A DNA stretch of 64,000 nt, from positions 1-64,000 of the IMG/VR virus record IMGVR_UViG_3300023179_003528, one strand, 5' to 3'. The DNA is from a virus. Made by a program: the position numbers and the translations under genes. Positions 50,632 to 61,137 of the stretch are shown here, in pieces. How positions within the stretch are numbered: the first letter of the stretch is position 1; each line of letters starts with the position of its first letter. The notes under the pieces are model-generated. The model had not been told where the DNA came from, did not search any database, and saw nothing but the letters and a program-made list of their open reading frames with translations.

Positions 50632-53600
50632 CTATGTTCCGGATGTATTAACAATATTCGATGAGTTTAATTGAGTTGCGGTAATAGCATCTATCACGTC
50701 TATATCATCAGCGGATACATCATTAATAAAAATTTCATTAGATAAACAACTTACCTCATATAAACTTCCAAAGTTGCTTGACCTAGGCACAATCACAAAA
50801 TTTGTTATATCAGGAGATAACAAATTCATGACATATGTAGATAGTTCACTAAAATAAAAAGATTGTCCAAAATCCCAATTATCAAGATTAAAGAAATCAT
50901 TAATAGCCAATAATATTCTACTTTTAATTTCATTATCGCTGCTGGTCCTTGCAGTATTTTTAACTGCCTTAAAAGAGGCCTGCAGACTAACTGGCGCTTT
51001 TTTTCCAAATAATATTTTATACTTAATAGGTTGAAACACTATCTCATCGCTTATTGTTTTAATAGGCTCTAGCACACCAGAATAACTTTGTTCAAGGCCG
51101 GTGCTGGTTGGCGGTAACGGTTCACTACCAATACCTGTCAATAACCATGATCTAAATTCTGTATCATATGAACTGGTCAATAGATAGATATCTATTAAAT
51201 TACTCTTACCCGGATCTATTCTTCTATCCTCGCTGCTATTATGTTCGTAATGAAATTTAATACCAGACCTTCCAGGATAAGCCAAATAATCAGATTCATA
51301 TACCCAAGTTGTGCCATCATATGAATTTACTACATTATAACTGTCATCATAAAAATAATAAAGTTGATTTGTAGATGTGCCTTGAGGAACATTATCTGGA
51401 TTACTATATGCAATAAAACTATCTCTATCTATCAAGGACAATTCCGTTCCGTTGGTAGATTTTTGAAAATAAACAAATTTATCTAATTGCCAATTTCCAT
51501 CTAAACCTAACACGGTACCTGTAGATTGAGGTTGAACTACGTTGATAAATGAATCTGGATCATCTAATTCACCAAAACTGGTCTTTTCATAAAAACTAAC
51601 TAGAACTTTTTTAGGATCTACATAACCATCTTGTTCTACAATATTATCATCTACCTGCCATACGTAGTCTTTTTCTAGTGCATAAGTTGTCAAAGGATCT
51701 TCATTGACAGATAATACTGTGATTCGATCTTTGACAACGGTATTTGATACATAATCATAATTTACACTATTCTTATCTATAAAGAAAGCAGTTTCCTGTT
51801 CACTTTCAAAAATTAAATCTAAATTTCTTGCCCTTACCCTATAGTTTTTTCCTGTCCATGTAAACGCAACCAACCAACTGGAATCTAAATTAGCATCATC
51901 TAAGTTTCCTTGGTTAGATAAACCAAAAGGACCAACTAGGTCAAGATTTGAATCTAAAATAATTGTCCATTGTCTAGTTAACTGACTAAAACTTATACCA
52001 AAGTTTCTCTGAGCTAGACAAAGATTAACCATTTCATTTTCAAATTGCAAGGTTAATACGTCAACAAATTTTGGAATAATTTCTGTAGGAATAGCGCCTG
52101 TAGGGATGTAGGCGCTGATTGTAATAGGACCAGTTCCGTCATCTAGTTGACCTGCTCCGGTATTGCTACCATCACCTACAACTTGAACAACCTTAACCCA
52201 AACATAGTTTTTAGTTGAATTGCTTTTATTAGAAACTAACTTATTTGAAGATGAAAAATACTTACCACTAGAAGGTTTAAACTTTACTAAGGCTCCGGGC
52301 ACTAACCATTTCAAATTATTAGACGTAAAATCTCCAACACTGTAGGCAGTATTATCACTATCTTCTAAATATCCCTTGTTTTGTCCTAGCACAGGAGCGT
52401 TCCAAGTTAAGTTTAAACTGGATAAATTGGGCCTTGAAAACTTATCTATGTAAAAAGACTTTAACGAAGGAGCAGCAACTACAGGTTCAACAAGAGTTTT
52501 AATGAATCCTAATATTCCGTTACGGTTATTTGATGTAAATTCAAATGATTTTTCTGTATCTTTCTTATATAATATACCGTCAGATGCAAAAATGTTTGTC
52601 TTACTATATTTCCCACTAACATCACTAAGTTCAAAGTACTTGCTAACTCCGCTGCTTACCCTATTGACACTTTTTACTTTAATAATATCGCTGCCTAAAG
52701 TTAGAGGAGCTATATTATAATCTTCAGCAGTTACCATTCTATTCTGAACGTAAAACGCCTGTGGTGCTTTATTTTGAATACTTACATTACTTTCTGTTGC
52801 AGCACTGTTATTAATTGTGTATTGCAGAGCAAATGTCAGTGTAAGTGTATGGTTTTGTCCACTTTTGCTTACATATGGTATCTCAACTACTATACCATTC
52901 ATCTGTTCTGGCTTAATTGTATACGTTAGACCATTACTTTGCCTATAAAATAGTCTAAATGTGCCCTTAGGTAAATTTCCAAAGTTTCCATCAGCAAAAT
53001 TTAGATCGATTTGATCTTGATCTCTTGTGGTAACACTAAAAATATCACGCTTGTCATTCTTCAAACTATTGTATATTACATTGTTGCCTACAACATCAGG
53101 AACCTTACTCCACAATGAATCATAAGTGCCGTCGCTATCTAACTTCCATAACCACACATCTGTTTGATTGATATTATTAGCATTGATGCCAATTATTTCA
53201 TTGGCTACAGGATTATCAATTGTAAAGTTACTTGAAGTTAGTTCACCTTGTCTAAAATGCACAAAGAATCCTGTGTTAACACTTCCAGATCCTTGATTAT
53301 CATTTCTATAGATAAAACTAAATGTGGATCTTGGTCTAGGAGCTTCTTCATAGACAAATAACTTGCCCGAAAATGTGCAGGGAACAATTTCAAATGTCAT
53401 TGCTGTGCCGTTTATATTCTTTAAAAAGCTATATACAGGCACATCTGTATTACTGCTATTAATTCTATACTGCTCTGTCAGTATGCCATCGATAGTTTCC
53501 CTATCGTAGGGCTTACCAAAACTAAAACTTCCCCCCATGGCACTGTTAAGAATACTAATAAATTGTCCATACCAATTACTATTGGTGCTGTCATTCCATC

Positions 53601-54024
53601 CTACAGTAACATTAGCCAAGTTTAATCCATTAGAATCGATAACACTATCGGTAGTTGCCACGCTGGTTAATTTTAAAAACCCACTACCGGGCACGTTACG
53701 TGAAGGAACATAACTAATAAGCTGCGCCAAACGTAGGATACTGTCCCTACGTTGTGCAGTTTCAATGAAATTCTCCCTAGCGTTTAGATCAATTCTAAAA
53801 CTAAGATTTTGACCTAAAAAAGCAACAAGATCTATTAAAGCTATATATTCACTTGACTCTATAAAATCATTAAAATCTTCAGGATAATTTTCCTGAAGAT
53901 ACTGTATCATTGTTCTTCTTAGAGTTTCAAAATCATAACTTTGAAAATCTGCATTGCGAAAAGATTGATATATCTTTTTCCAATCTTCTGTAACTAATAA
54001 TTTGTTTGAACTTTTTGGTATCAT
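50632..54024 (-). CDS. Baseplate wedge subunit (gp6-like)
   Basis: DFETLR, NARENFIETAQRRDSILRLA, LNFADGNFG, QNRMVTAEDY. Confidence 0.9.
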   Translation of the reverse strand: MIPKSSNKLLVTEDWKKIYQSFRNADFQSYDFETLRRTMIQYLQENYPEDFNDFIESSEYIALIDLVAFLGQNLSFRIDLNARENFIETAQRRDSILRLAQLISYVPSRNVPGSGFLKLTSVATTDSVIDSNGLNLANVTVGWNDSTNSNWYGQFISILNSAMGGSFSFGKPYDRETIDGILTEQYRINSSNTDVPVYSFLKNINGTAMTFEIVPCTFSGKLFVYEEAPRPRSTFSFIYRNDNQGSGSVNTGFFVHFRQGELTSSNFTIDNPVANEIIGINANNINQTDVWLWKLDSDGTYDSLWSKVPDVVGNNVIYNSLKNDKRDIFSVTTRDQDQIDLNFADGNFGNLPKGTFRLFYRQSNGLTYTIKPEQMNGIVVEIPYVSKSGQNHTLTLTFALQYTINNSAATESNVSIQNKAPQAFYVQNRMVTAEDYNIAPLTLGSDIIKVKSVNRVSSGVSKYFELSDVSGKYSKTNIFASDGILYKKDTEKSFEFTSNNRNGILGFIKTLVEPVVAAPSLKSFYIDKFSRPNLSSLNLTWNAPVLGQNKGYLEDSDNTAYSVGDFTSNNLKWLVPGALVKFKPSSGKYFSSSNKLVSNKSNSTKNYVWVKVVQVVGDGSNTGAGQLDDGTGPITISAYIPTGAIPTEIIPKFVDVLTLQFENEMVNLCLAQRNFGISFSQLTRQWTIILDSNLDLVGPFGLSNQGNLDDANLDSSWLVAFTWTGKNYRVRARNLDLIFESEQETAFFIDKNSVNYDYVSNTVVKDRITVLSVNEDPLTTYALEKDYVWQVDDNIVEQDGYVDPKKVLVSFYEKTSFGELDDPDSFINVVQPQSTGTVLGLDGNWQLDKFVYFQKSTNGTELSLIDRDSFIAYSNPDNVPQGTSTNQLYYFYDDSYNVVNSYDGTTWVYESDYLAYPGRSGIKFHYEHNSSEDRRIDPGKSNLIDIYLLTSSYDTEFRSWLLTGIGSEPLPPTSTGLEQSYSGVLEPIKTISDEIVFQPIKYKILFGKKAPVSLQASFKAVKNTARTSSDNEIKSRILLAINDFFNLDNWDFGQSFYFSELSTYVMNLLSPDITNFVIVPRSSNFGSLYEVSCLSNEIFINDVSADDIDVIDAITATQLNSSNIVNTSGT

Positions 54025-54072
54025 AGTGAATTAATTTGATACCGTATTTATTATAAAAATAAACTGCTAGTT

Positions 54073-54510
54073 TTATTGAACCGCAAGACCAATCTTCTGA
54101 TCAAATTGTAATTTCATATTCACGCTTTGATCTGTACCGTTTAATAACAAGGTAATTTCTAAGATATAACCTTGATCGTATTCTGTAAGATCTAGTTGAG
54201 TAGGGGTAACTCTAGGATCACTGCTACAGATATTTGCAATATCTTCTTGCAAAAGAGTTCTGGTTTCTTCAGTTAAAGGTTCCATGATTAGATCCCAAAT
54301 AATGCTTCCAAAGGTAGGATTCATTACTCGTTCACCTTTACGTGTTCTAAAATGATTTAGTATATCTTGTTTGATTAAATCAAAATCGTAAAGCCTTACG
54401 CTTTGATCTTGATTGGCAATCGTGCTAAATCCTTTGTAAAAATGACTTCTTTTTACTGGTTGATTGGCTATAACCCTGCTTGTATTAATGACCTGTGACT
54501 TATACGGCAT
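54073..54510 (-). CDS. Baseplate gp25-like protein
   Basis: DILNHFRTRKGERVMNPTFGS..W..I.EP, DPRV. Confidence 0.9.
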   Translation of the reverse strand: MPYKSQVINTSRVIANQPVKRSHFYKGFSTIANQDQSVRLYDFDLIKQDILNHFRTRKGERVMNPTFGSIIWDLIMEPLTEETRTLLQEDIANICSSDPRVTPTQLDLTEYDQGYILEITLLLNGTDQSVNMKLQFDQKIGLAVQ

Positions 54511-54518
54511 AAGAATAT

Positions 54519-56033
54519 TTATAAGTTGGCAGATCCAGTCAAAATGTCAGTATTTGCTGTGCTATATTTTTCTTTATCAAAGTTTTCATGCTGCGGCCAT
54601 GGCTCGTGTGTAGGTGCTCGTTGCATGATACTGAGTAGATCATCTGTTACATAAAACTTTCCGTTGCTCCACCCCACTGTTTTATCTCTATTGGGTAGTT
54701 TATAAATCTTTAGACGCACAGGATCGGTAGGAGAATCTGCTGTTTTCGCCTGTTCAGCAGTTGGACCATTCATATGTATCTGTTTAGCAGTTTCAATATG
54801 ACTACCTACTGTGGCAATATTTGTGTTTCCATTAGCACTGAAGTTATTATTTTTTCCTGCCACTATGTTATTATTATTGGTAGTTGTCTGATAATAAGTG
54901 TCTAGCACCTTAAGGTGCATGTTTCCAGTAGTTTTAAACATAGTGTCACCACTAGTAATCACTCCAAGGTTAGCAAAACTTAGTTTACCATCCTTATTGG
55001 CTATCAATGTAAATTCATTTTCAACATTAATGTTGATAGAATTTCCTACACTTAGGTTAAGATTCCTTAGAGCTTCTAGGTTTATATCTCTATCTGCTCT
55101 AAAATTAAAATCAGCCTCTGTTCTAATACTGACGCTGTCCTTGGCATATATATCTATCTTGCCATCACTGGTCATTTCTACCCAAGCAGTGCCCTTGCTG
55201 TTAGCAATATAGATTAGATCTTGACTATTATGCAGCAAAATCTGATGTCCAGTTCTAGTTCTAATACGAACAAGTTCATTTTCCCCATCTACATCACCGT
55301 CATCCATAACAAAAGTGCTACCACCTAGTCTACTGATAGGAAACTGTCTATTGCCTTGATAGCCAAGTTTGCCTTTTTTACCATTAGGATCTGTCGGTCC
55401 TGGAGTGCTAATACCAAAAACTAAACTAGGAGTTTCCCTCCTACTGCTGCTACTAGTTACTCCTCTTACAGTATCCAACAGTAATCCTTGAGCCAATAAT
55501 CTATCAGCAAATGGATGCACTGCTTTTGGTATACGTGCCGGATCTTTCAGAGTATTAAGAGTTTGACTCCCTCGATGAATTTCAGCTACTGGGACATTGG
55601 TAGTTCCATATTTTCTTATCTGTTCGGGCGTCATAGACGAATTAAGAGATGAAGCTACGCCAGGAACCATATGATTTTGAAACTCGTCTGGCACGCAACC
55701 TATCCAAAATCCTTGATTAGGGTCGCCTTCAATAAAAATTACTAAGACACTAGTTCCAATGTCAGGAGGCACCATCCACATTCCATAACTTTTTTGAACA
55801 TCATTAAAGTCACTGCTGTTATTTCCTTCAAACTTTATACTTGTAACACCATAGAAAGGACTGAGATATCTTACAGGATGGGTAAGGCTTTGTAGATCAG
55901 ATGGTATAGCTTGATTTTTTCTTAGAGAAACTTCTATAATCCCCATGTAGGTAGGATCTAAATTATTAGTAATGTCTGCTAGGTATGGTCCCGAGCTGTT
56001 AAATTTGCTGCTACTACGTTTTTCTACTTGCAT
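54519..56033 (-). CDS. Baseplate central spike (gp5/VgrG-like, no lysozyme domain seen)
   Basis: OB-fold DP..MG...PPDIG..VLV.F..GD, RTRTGHQI, beta-helix repeats, IHMNG, PTHEPW. Confidence 0.85.
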   Translation of the reverse strand: MQVEKRSSSKFNSSGPYLADITNNLDPTYMGIIEVSLRKNQAIPSDLQSLTHPVRYLSPFYGVTSIKFEGNNSSDFNDVQKSYGMWMVPPDIGTSVLVIFIEGDPNQGFWIGCVPDEFQNHMVPGVASSLNSSMTPEQIRKYGTTNVPVAEIHRGSQTLNTLKDPARIPKAVHPFADRLLAQGLLLDTVRGVTSSSSRRETPSLVFGISTPGPTDPNGKKGKLGYQGNRQFPISRLGGSTFVMDDGDVDGENELVRIRTRTGHQILLHNSQDLIYIANSKGTAWVEMTSDGKIDIYAKDSVSIRTEADFNFRADRDINLEALRNLNLSVGNSININVENEFTLIANKDGKLSFANLGVITSGDTMFKTTGNMHLKVLDTYYQTTTNNNNIVAGKNNNFSANGNTNIATVGSHIETAKQIHMNGPTAEQAKTADSPTDPVRLKIYKLPNRDKTVGWSNGKFYVTDDLLSIMQRAPTHEPWPQHENFDKEKYSTANTDILTGSANL

Positions 56034-56034
56034 A

Positions 56035-58998
56035 TTAACTCATTAACTTTGTTAACGGGCTTTGAGCTTTGCTGCCAAAATTAGATGCCAGTGATGTGCT
56101 AAGTTGGCCAGTATCATAAGTTCCGCTGGATCTAAGTTTTGCTTCAACTGAACTTGAATTATTGGTCAATAACGTCATTGCTTGGTCACTAGTAATTGTA
56201 TTATCTACTGATGTTCTAGACGTGTTTAAGCTAGTTAATGGATTTACAAACTTACTAGAACTTTGTAATAGATTTATCGTTGTAGATCTATCAACACCTG
56301 TTATACTCGATGGTGTTATTACTCCATAGGCACTGGCTAAACTTGCGCCTCCACCTAACTTCATAATATCTGCAAGATCAACTGTGTTAACTTCTGCATT
56401 AGGAGCTGATTGGTTAGGAGCCAAAGGTGGAAGATTAACAAGGTTACCTACAGGAATTTGATTTATAGCCACACCTTTTTCAGCAGCAGCCTTAGGATCT
56501 ACTCCATCCGGAAATGCTTGTGCTAGAGCACCTAACTGTAATAGTGCCAATGGACTTCCAGATTGAAGTTGTTCGGGGCTAATACATAATTTATTGGCAA
56601 GTTCTGCGATACTCATACCTACTGCACTGGTAGCATTTGTTATAGCAGCATTAATTTGCTGTGCAGTTTGAGCAATAGGGTTAACGATTTTATTAACACC
56701 TTGCTGTATTTGTCCTACTGCTGCGTTTATTCCTTGTGCAAGTGGTGCTGTTATACTATTAACAACCTGAGCACCTAATTGGTTAATACGCCCTATTTCT
56801 GCTATAACAGACTGGAGTTGTCCAAAAATATTAATACCTATACAAGGATCCCTAGGTCTGGCCACTGCTCGTGTAATATCACGAACTGGAATAGTCTTTG
56901 GGTCGGGTTCAACATAAAAAAAGTCCTCTGGTCTGGTTTCTTTCATTGTAGATTCTGGTAAGATTTGTCCTGGCATCCTTGTAATCTGAATACGTTGTTT
57001 AAACACTCCGTCATTAAACGAGTGAACTACTTCTCTTATCCAAAATATTCCGCCAAACTGCGCTTTACTAGAGTCAAAAATGTAGCTGCCATTTGGAGCT
57101 ATATCAACAGGATTTCTAAAATTTATTTTAATGAATACCTGTTGTGTTAGATAATTCATCTCTCCTTCTGTGGTAAATCTGTTATCACCTTTGTATACAT
57201 CTTGAAACTGATTACCATGGCCACTTGTTCCCAAATAAAGAGGATCGCCTATTATTTCTATTTCACCGTTTATGCCATTAACTACAGAATTAATAATGCT
57301 TTCATGAAGCTGCTTTGATATTACATCAAATGGAGACAGACCTGGAGGTCCAGCGTTTGGAGTATTGCCCTGATAGGCATTAAGCATAGGTGTTGGTAAT
57401 CTTTGATTAGTCCCTGGTGTATCCCTTTGAGAATTGTCTGTTGGTGTTCCTCTTTCTGTAACTTGATTTTTTGTGTCTTGAGCAAGACTATTTTTATTTT
57501 GATCAAAATCACTTTGTCCTTTGAATATACTAATGTTTTCAAAGGTAAGATATTTGTAATCTAGCTTCATGCTAATCAGGTCAGAATTATTACCTGTATA
57601 AACATAATTATAAGATCTTAAAACTCTATCTTCTATATCTTCTATGTTCCATTTTTGTGTGCTAAAACCTGGAACCTTAGTGTAATGCACAGCATATGGT
57701 GTGATAATAAATGTATATTCAGTGTAATTTTTATTAGTAGTTGGATCTATTTTAGGTTTTAGTTTAGTTCTAGGATGAATCATAAACCAATCTACCATAC
57801 CGTTTTGAGGAACTTCGCCCTGATACATTTTTTCTAAAAGTCGCTTACCGTATTCACTGTCTCTAATTACAGCCTCTATAACGCTGGTGATGTTGGTATT
57901 TTCATTAAAAACACTTACTGAACTAGAATTTTCGCCTGACTTGACTCTACCTCTGTCATCTACCATATTAGGATCGCCAGCGTCTACTCCTCTAGGCAAG
58001 ACATAATCTTTGCCTGGTGTTTTCAATTTACTTTTAGAAAAGAAATTATCTTTAACAGTTAGGTCAATATTTCCTTTAGCATCGACATCTGCAAATAAAA
58101 TATTGTAAGTATCTGATTCCGCTGCTAATTCTTTATCTTTGCTCAGTGAATTATTTTTCTTTAATTGCTCATTTAGATTTTTTGTAAGGTTATTAAGAAC
58201 TTCACCCACAGTAGTTCCTTGAACACTCACTGGCATTTTTAATTGATTAGGATTTCCAAACGCACTCTCGTGGAAGGCAAATCCTTTACAGGAATACTTG
58301 ATTCCCCTTTCTGTAAAATCTTGTTGTATATCGTTAAACCTAATTACATAATATCTATCAGCATACAATATATTTTCCGGATCTGTAATATCTTTACTAT
58401 CAGGATATCCTTTAAATTCAATTTTAAATAAAAAAGGAGTTCCGATAGGACTGATATACCCTGCTCCAACACTGGCCACATGTAATGCTTCAACAAATCC
58501 ATTTATACTGTAAGGTTCAATAACATCAAATGTAATAGTTTGTCCAAGAGTAGCACCTAAAGCATATGTTGATATAGTCTTTAACTCTATATTATTAATA
58601 TACATATCAAATCTGCCAGGGCTTTTTAGATTAAAATCTTTGATTATTTCTCCAGCTTCCTTAGCAGAAATTATAGTTGTAGGTGATTGCCCAAGCTCAT
58701 TTTCATTGTATCTTGTAACATCCACCGCAGCAGTTGCTCTCAGGCCATTGCCATCTTTACCTGCTGAATTCAAAACTATAAGGTCCAATTGATCTGTGCC
58801 TTCACGCCAGCTATAGGGATTCTCAAGTTTTTCGGCAGACAGGGCTGCTAGTGTTATATTATAAGTGTACGACCTATACTTATCTAACACATTTCCTAAA
58901 ACAAAGTCAGGATCTTTTTTCTGAGGATTTATCCTAGACGAAGTTACTATTACTTTTGCTCTTTTAACTTCAGTTTTGCGCTCTACTTGTTCCGTCAT
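56035..58998 (-). CDS. Putative baseplate hub protein
   Basis: 987 aa between gp5-like and gp53-like genes; IIGDP, HSFNDG.F.Q motifs. Confidence 0.65.
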   Translation of the reverse strand: MTEQVERKTEVKRAKVIVTSSRINPQKKDPDFVLGNVLDKYRSYTYNITLAALSAEKLENPYSWREGTDQLDLIVLNSAGKDGNGLRATAAVDVTRYNENELGQSPTTIISAKEAGEIIKDFNLKSPGRFDMYINNIELKTISTYALGATLGQTITFDVIEPYSINGFVEALHVASVGAGYISPIGTPFLFKIEFKGYPDSKDITDPENILYADRYYVIRFNDIQQDFTERGIKYSCKGFAFHESAFGNPNQLKMPVSVQGTTVGEVLNNLTKNLNEQLKKNNSLSKDKELAAESDTYNILFADVDAKGNIDLTVKDNFFSKSKLKTPGKDYVLPRGVDAGDPNMVDDRGRVKSGENSSSVSVFNENTNITSVIEAVIRDSEYGKRLLEKMYQGEVPQNGMVDWFMIHPRTKLKPKIDPTTNKNYTEYTFIITPYAVHYTKVPGFSTQKWNIEDIEDRVLRSYNYVYTGNNSDLISMKLDYKYLTFENISIFKGQSDFDQNKNSLAQDTKNQVTERGTPTDNSQRDTPGTNQRLPTPMLNAYQGNTPNAGPPGLSPFDVISKQLHESIINSVVNGINGEIEIIGDPLYLGTSGHGNQFQDVYKGDNRFTTEGEMNYLTQQVFIKINFRNPVDIAPNGSYIFDSSKAQFGGIFWIREVVHSFNDGVFKQRIQITRMPGQILPESTMKETRPEDFFYVEPDPKTIPVRDITRAVARPRDPCIGINIFGQLQSVIAEIGRINQLGAQVVNSITAPLAQGINAAVGQIQQGVNKIVNPIAQTAQQINAAITNATSAVGMSIAELANKLCISPEQLQSGSPLALLQLGALAQAFPDGVDPKAAAEKGVAINQIPVGNLVNLPPLAPNQSAPNAEVNTVDLADIMKLGGGASLASAYGVITPSSITGVDRSTTINLLQSSSKFVNPLTSLNTSRTSVDNTITSDQAMTLLTNNSSSVEAKLRSSGTYDTGQLSTSLASNFGSKAQSPLTKLMS

Positions 58999-58999
58999 A

Positions 59000-59299
59000 T
59001 CAGATACCTATGTCACGCCTTAAGGTAGATAATTTAGGCAAATATATTTGTAATCCTGCACGAAAATCAAAAATAGGATCTTTAATAACATTTTTATTTC
59101 TTATGGCAAACACCCACCAAAGATTAACATCATTGTAAAGATCAAAGGCCAACAGGTCTGGTCTAAATTCATATTCCTTAGTTAGATTATAATAAACATC
59201 ATCAGTTTGAAATTCAAAATCTCTATGAGTCATTACATCTAAGTAATTACCAGTTGCTAAAGTTGTATAATAAGGACTGGTTTTTGAATAAACAGCCAT
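59000..59299 (-). CDS. Baseplate gp53-like / LysM protein
   Basis: RPDLLAFDLY....LWWVFA.RN...I.DP. Confidence 0.85.
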   Translation of the reverse strand: MAVYSKTSPYYTTLATGNYLDVMTHRDFEFQTDDVYYNLTKEYEFRPDLLAFDLYNDVNLWWVFAIRNKNVIKDPIFDFRAGLQIYLPKLSTLRRDIGI

Positions 59300-60063
59300 T
59301 ATAGATATCCTTGTTTTCTATGATTATCTGTATTAGATAACCATTTGTCTACGCTATGGTTCAATATTTCTTTCCTGCTATACATTACAATACAGGTTAT
59401 GGCTATAGTAGACATTGTAGGCACAGCATTTAATCCATAGGCATTAGGTTCTTTATTTGTAAAATAATCAACTTGTTCTGAAAGATCTATTCTAAAATTA
59501 CTAATAGCCACAGGCACATTTTCTAACATAAACTGTCCGTAAGCATATAATCTGCAGACAGGAGGAGGGCTTCCAGCATATAAATCTTTTCCTACACGCA
59601 TTTTAGTCAAGGCCTTTAACAAATGCACAGTTGCTAGATAATTTTGAGCATCGGTTTGATTTTGAACTGTAAATTTTCCTGTAATGTTTATAGGACCTAC
59701 TTGAGATCTAGTATAAAAATTTTGTCCATAGTTAGAATGAACTGTGTTTAAAGGACTGTAGTCGGCTTTGTTGTCATACTGTATCTGAGGAGTGTAAGGA
59801 AATATGATTCCTCCAAAATTTTCCAAATTCCCTTCGTTGTGCGTCAATGATGTTAGATAACTAGAGGGCACCTTTATTCTTACCCTAAGATCGGGTTGCC
59901 TTGAAGATATTTGAGGACTGGTAATATTAACCTGAGCAGGTGTTACCTGAGGCCTCTCTGCTCCTGGCGCTACAGATTTGAATAAAGGTTTTAGTAGTTG
60001 ATTTAAAATACCTTGACCTAGAGGAAGTGGTTTCCAATTTATGCGCGAATCGTCATTACTCAT
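59299..60063 (-). CDS. Tail tube initiator / baseplate cap-like protein
   Basis: GIIFPYTPQI, GSPPPVCRL..YG..M..NVPV. Confidence 0.7.
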   Translation of the reverse strand: MSNDDSRINWKPLPLGQGILNQLLKPLFKSVAPGAERPQVTPAQVNITSPQISSRQPDLRVRIKVPSSYLTSLTHNEGNLENFGGIIFPYTPQIQYDNKADYSPLNTVHSNYGQNFYTRSQVGPINITGKFTVQNQTDAQNYLATVHLLKALTKMRVGKDLYAGSPPPVCRLYAYGQFMLENVPVAISNFRIDLSEQVDYFTNKEPNAYGLNAVPTMSTIAITCIVMYSRKEILNHSVDKWLSNTDNHRKQGYL

Positions 60064-60122
60064 AAATATATTTCCATTTGTGTTATTTAATAAATTAAAT
60101 AAACTACCTACTTAATGCATGA

Positions 60123-60150
60123 TTGACATTTGAGTTATAGATGTTATACT
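60123..60150 (+). promoter_or_regulatory. Sigma70-type promoter with extended -10
   Basis: TTGACA, 16 nt, TGtTATACT. Confidence 0.75.
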
Positions 60151-60174
60151 GTGATAAAGGATACAAAAACTATA

Positions 60175-61092
60175 ATGACCACAGGAATATTCACAACACG
60201 CAAAGTAAAATATTTAAACAACAGAGATCTACTTTCAGAGATCCATAAGAGCAAGTGTAGTTTTTCCAGTTTTTCTAAACCAGATTTCCAACAATATGAC
60301 ATTATTTTAACCAGTTTAACCAAGGTTAATATACGAACAATAGCAGAAGCCAAGCGCAATCGTGCCAAAAGATTAGGCATACAGGCATTTATACTAGCCA
60401 GACATAATGGCGATAAGAAAATTAAACTAGCAGAATGCACTCCAGACTATAAAACTATTGCCAAATCTGATATCATAATTCGTATAATGACCTATGACCA
60501 TATTCCTTTAGCACCCGGACGTAAAAAAACTACCAAAACCACAGCCGACGGTCATGAAAAGGTCAACTTTCCTCCGTTTCAACATTGGAAATTTAATGAC
60601 CAAAACGAATTAGTCTGTGTGGGTAAGAGTCATTGGAAAGGAGGAATTAAAACTGGCAAGTTCAGTAGAGATCATGGTCGCATAACAGAAGGATTAGGCA
60701 GAATGTTTATAAAACTATCTGAACGTTATGCTCAAAGATCAAACTGGCGGGGCTACACCTATATCGATGAAATGAAAGGACAGGCTATTCTTCAACTCAG
60801 TCAAATTGGTCTGCAGTTTGATGAATCTAAATCAGAAAATCCATTTGCCTATTATACCGCGGCAGTTACTAATAGTTTTACGAGAATTTTAAATCTTGAA
60901 AAGAAAAATCAAAATATTCGCGATGACATGCTAGAAGAAAACGGACTTACACCAAGTTCAACTAGACAAAATGCTCATGAATATGCTGAGGAGACTGCTA
61001 GACAAGCAGAATTATATAAAAATCTTCGTATGCCTAAAAGTGAAGATGAATTAGAAGAAGATCCGGAGACTGAGGAAGAAACAGGGACTTGA
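60175..61092 (+). CDS. Late-transcription sigma factor (gp55-like)
   Basis: YLNNRDL, NWRGYTY.DEM, FDESKSENPFAYYT....NSF motifs; adjacent to gp47. Confidence 0.85.
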   Translation: MTTGIFTTRKVKYLNNRDLLSEIHKSKCSFSSFSKPDFQQYDIILTSLTKVNIRTIAEAKRNRAKRLGIQAFILARHNGDKKIKLAECTPDYKTIAKSDIIIRIMTYDHIPLAPGRKKTTKTTADGHEKVNFPPFQHWKFNDQNELVCVGKSHWKGGIKTGKFSRDHGRITEGLGRMFIKLSERYAQRSNWRGYTYIDEMKGQAILQLSQIGLQFDESKSENPFAYYTAAVTNSFTRILNLEKKNQNIRDDMLEENGLTPSSTRQNAHEYAEETARQAELYKNLRMPKSEDELEEDPETEEETGT

Positions 61093-61118
61093 CAGTTTAA
61101 CATAAAACCTGTTAAACT
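61089..61118 (+). promoter_or_regulatory. Sigma70-type promoter
   Basis: TTGACA overlapping the sigma gene stop codon, 18 nt, TGtTAAACT. Confidence 0.6.
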
Positions 61119-61137
61119 CATAGAAGGAGAATTTTAT

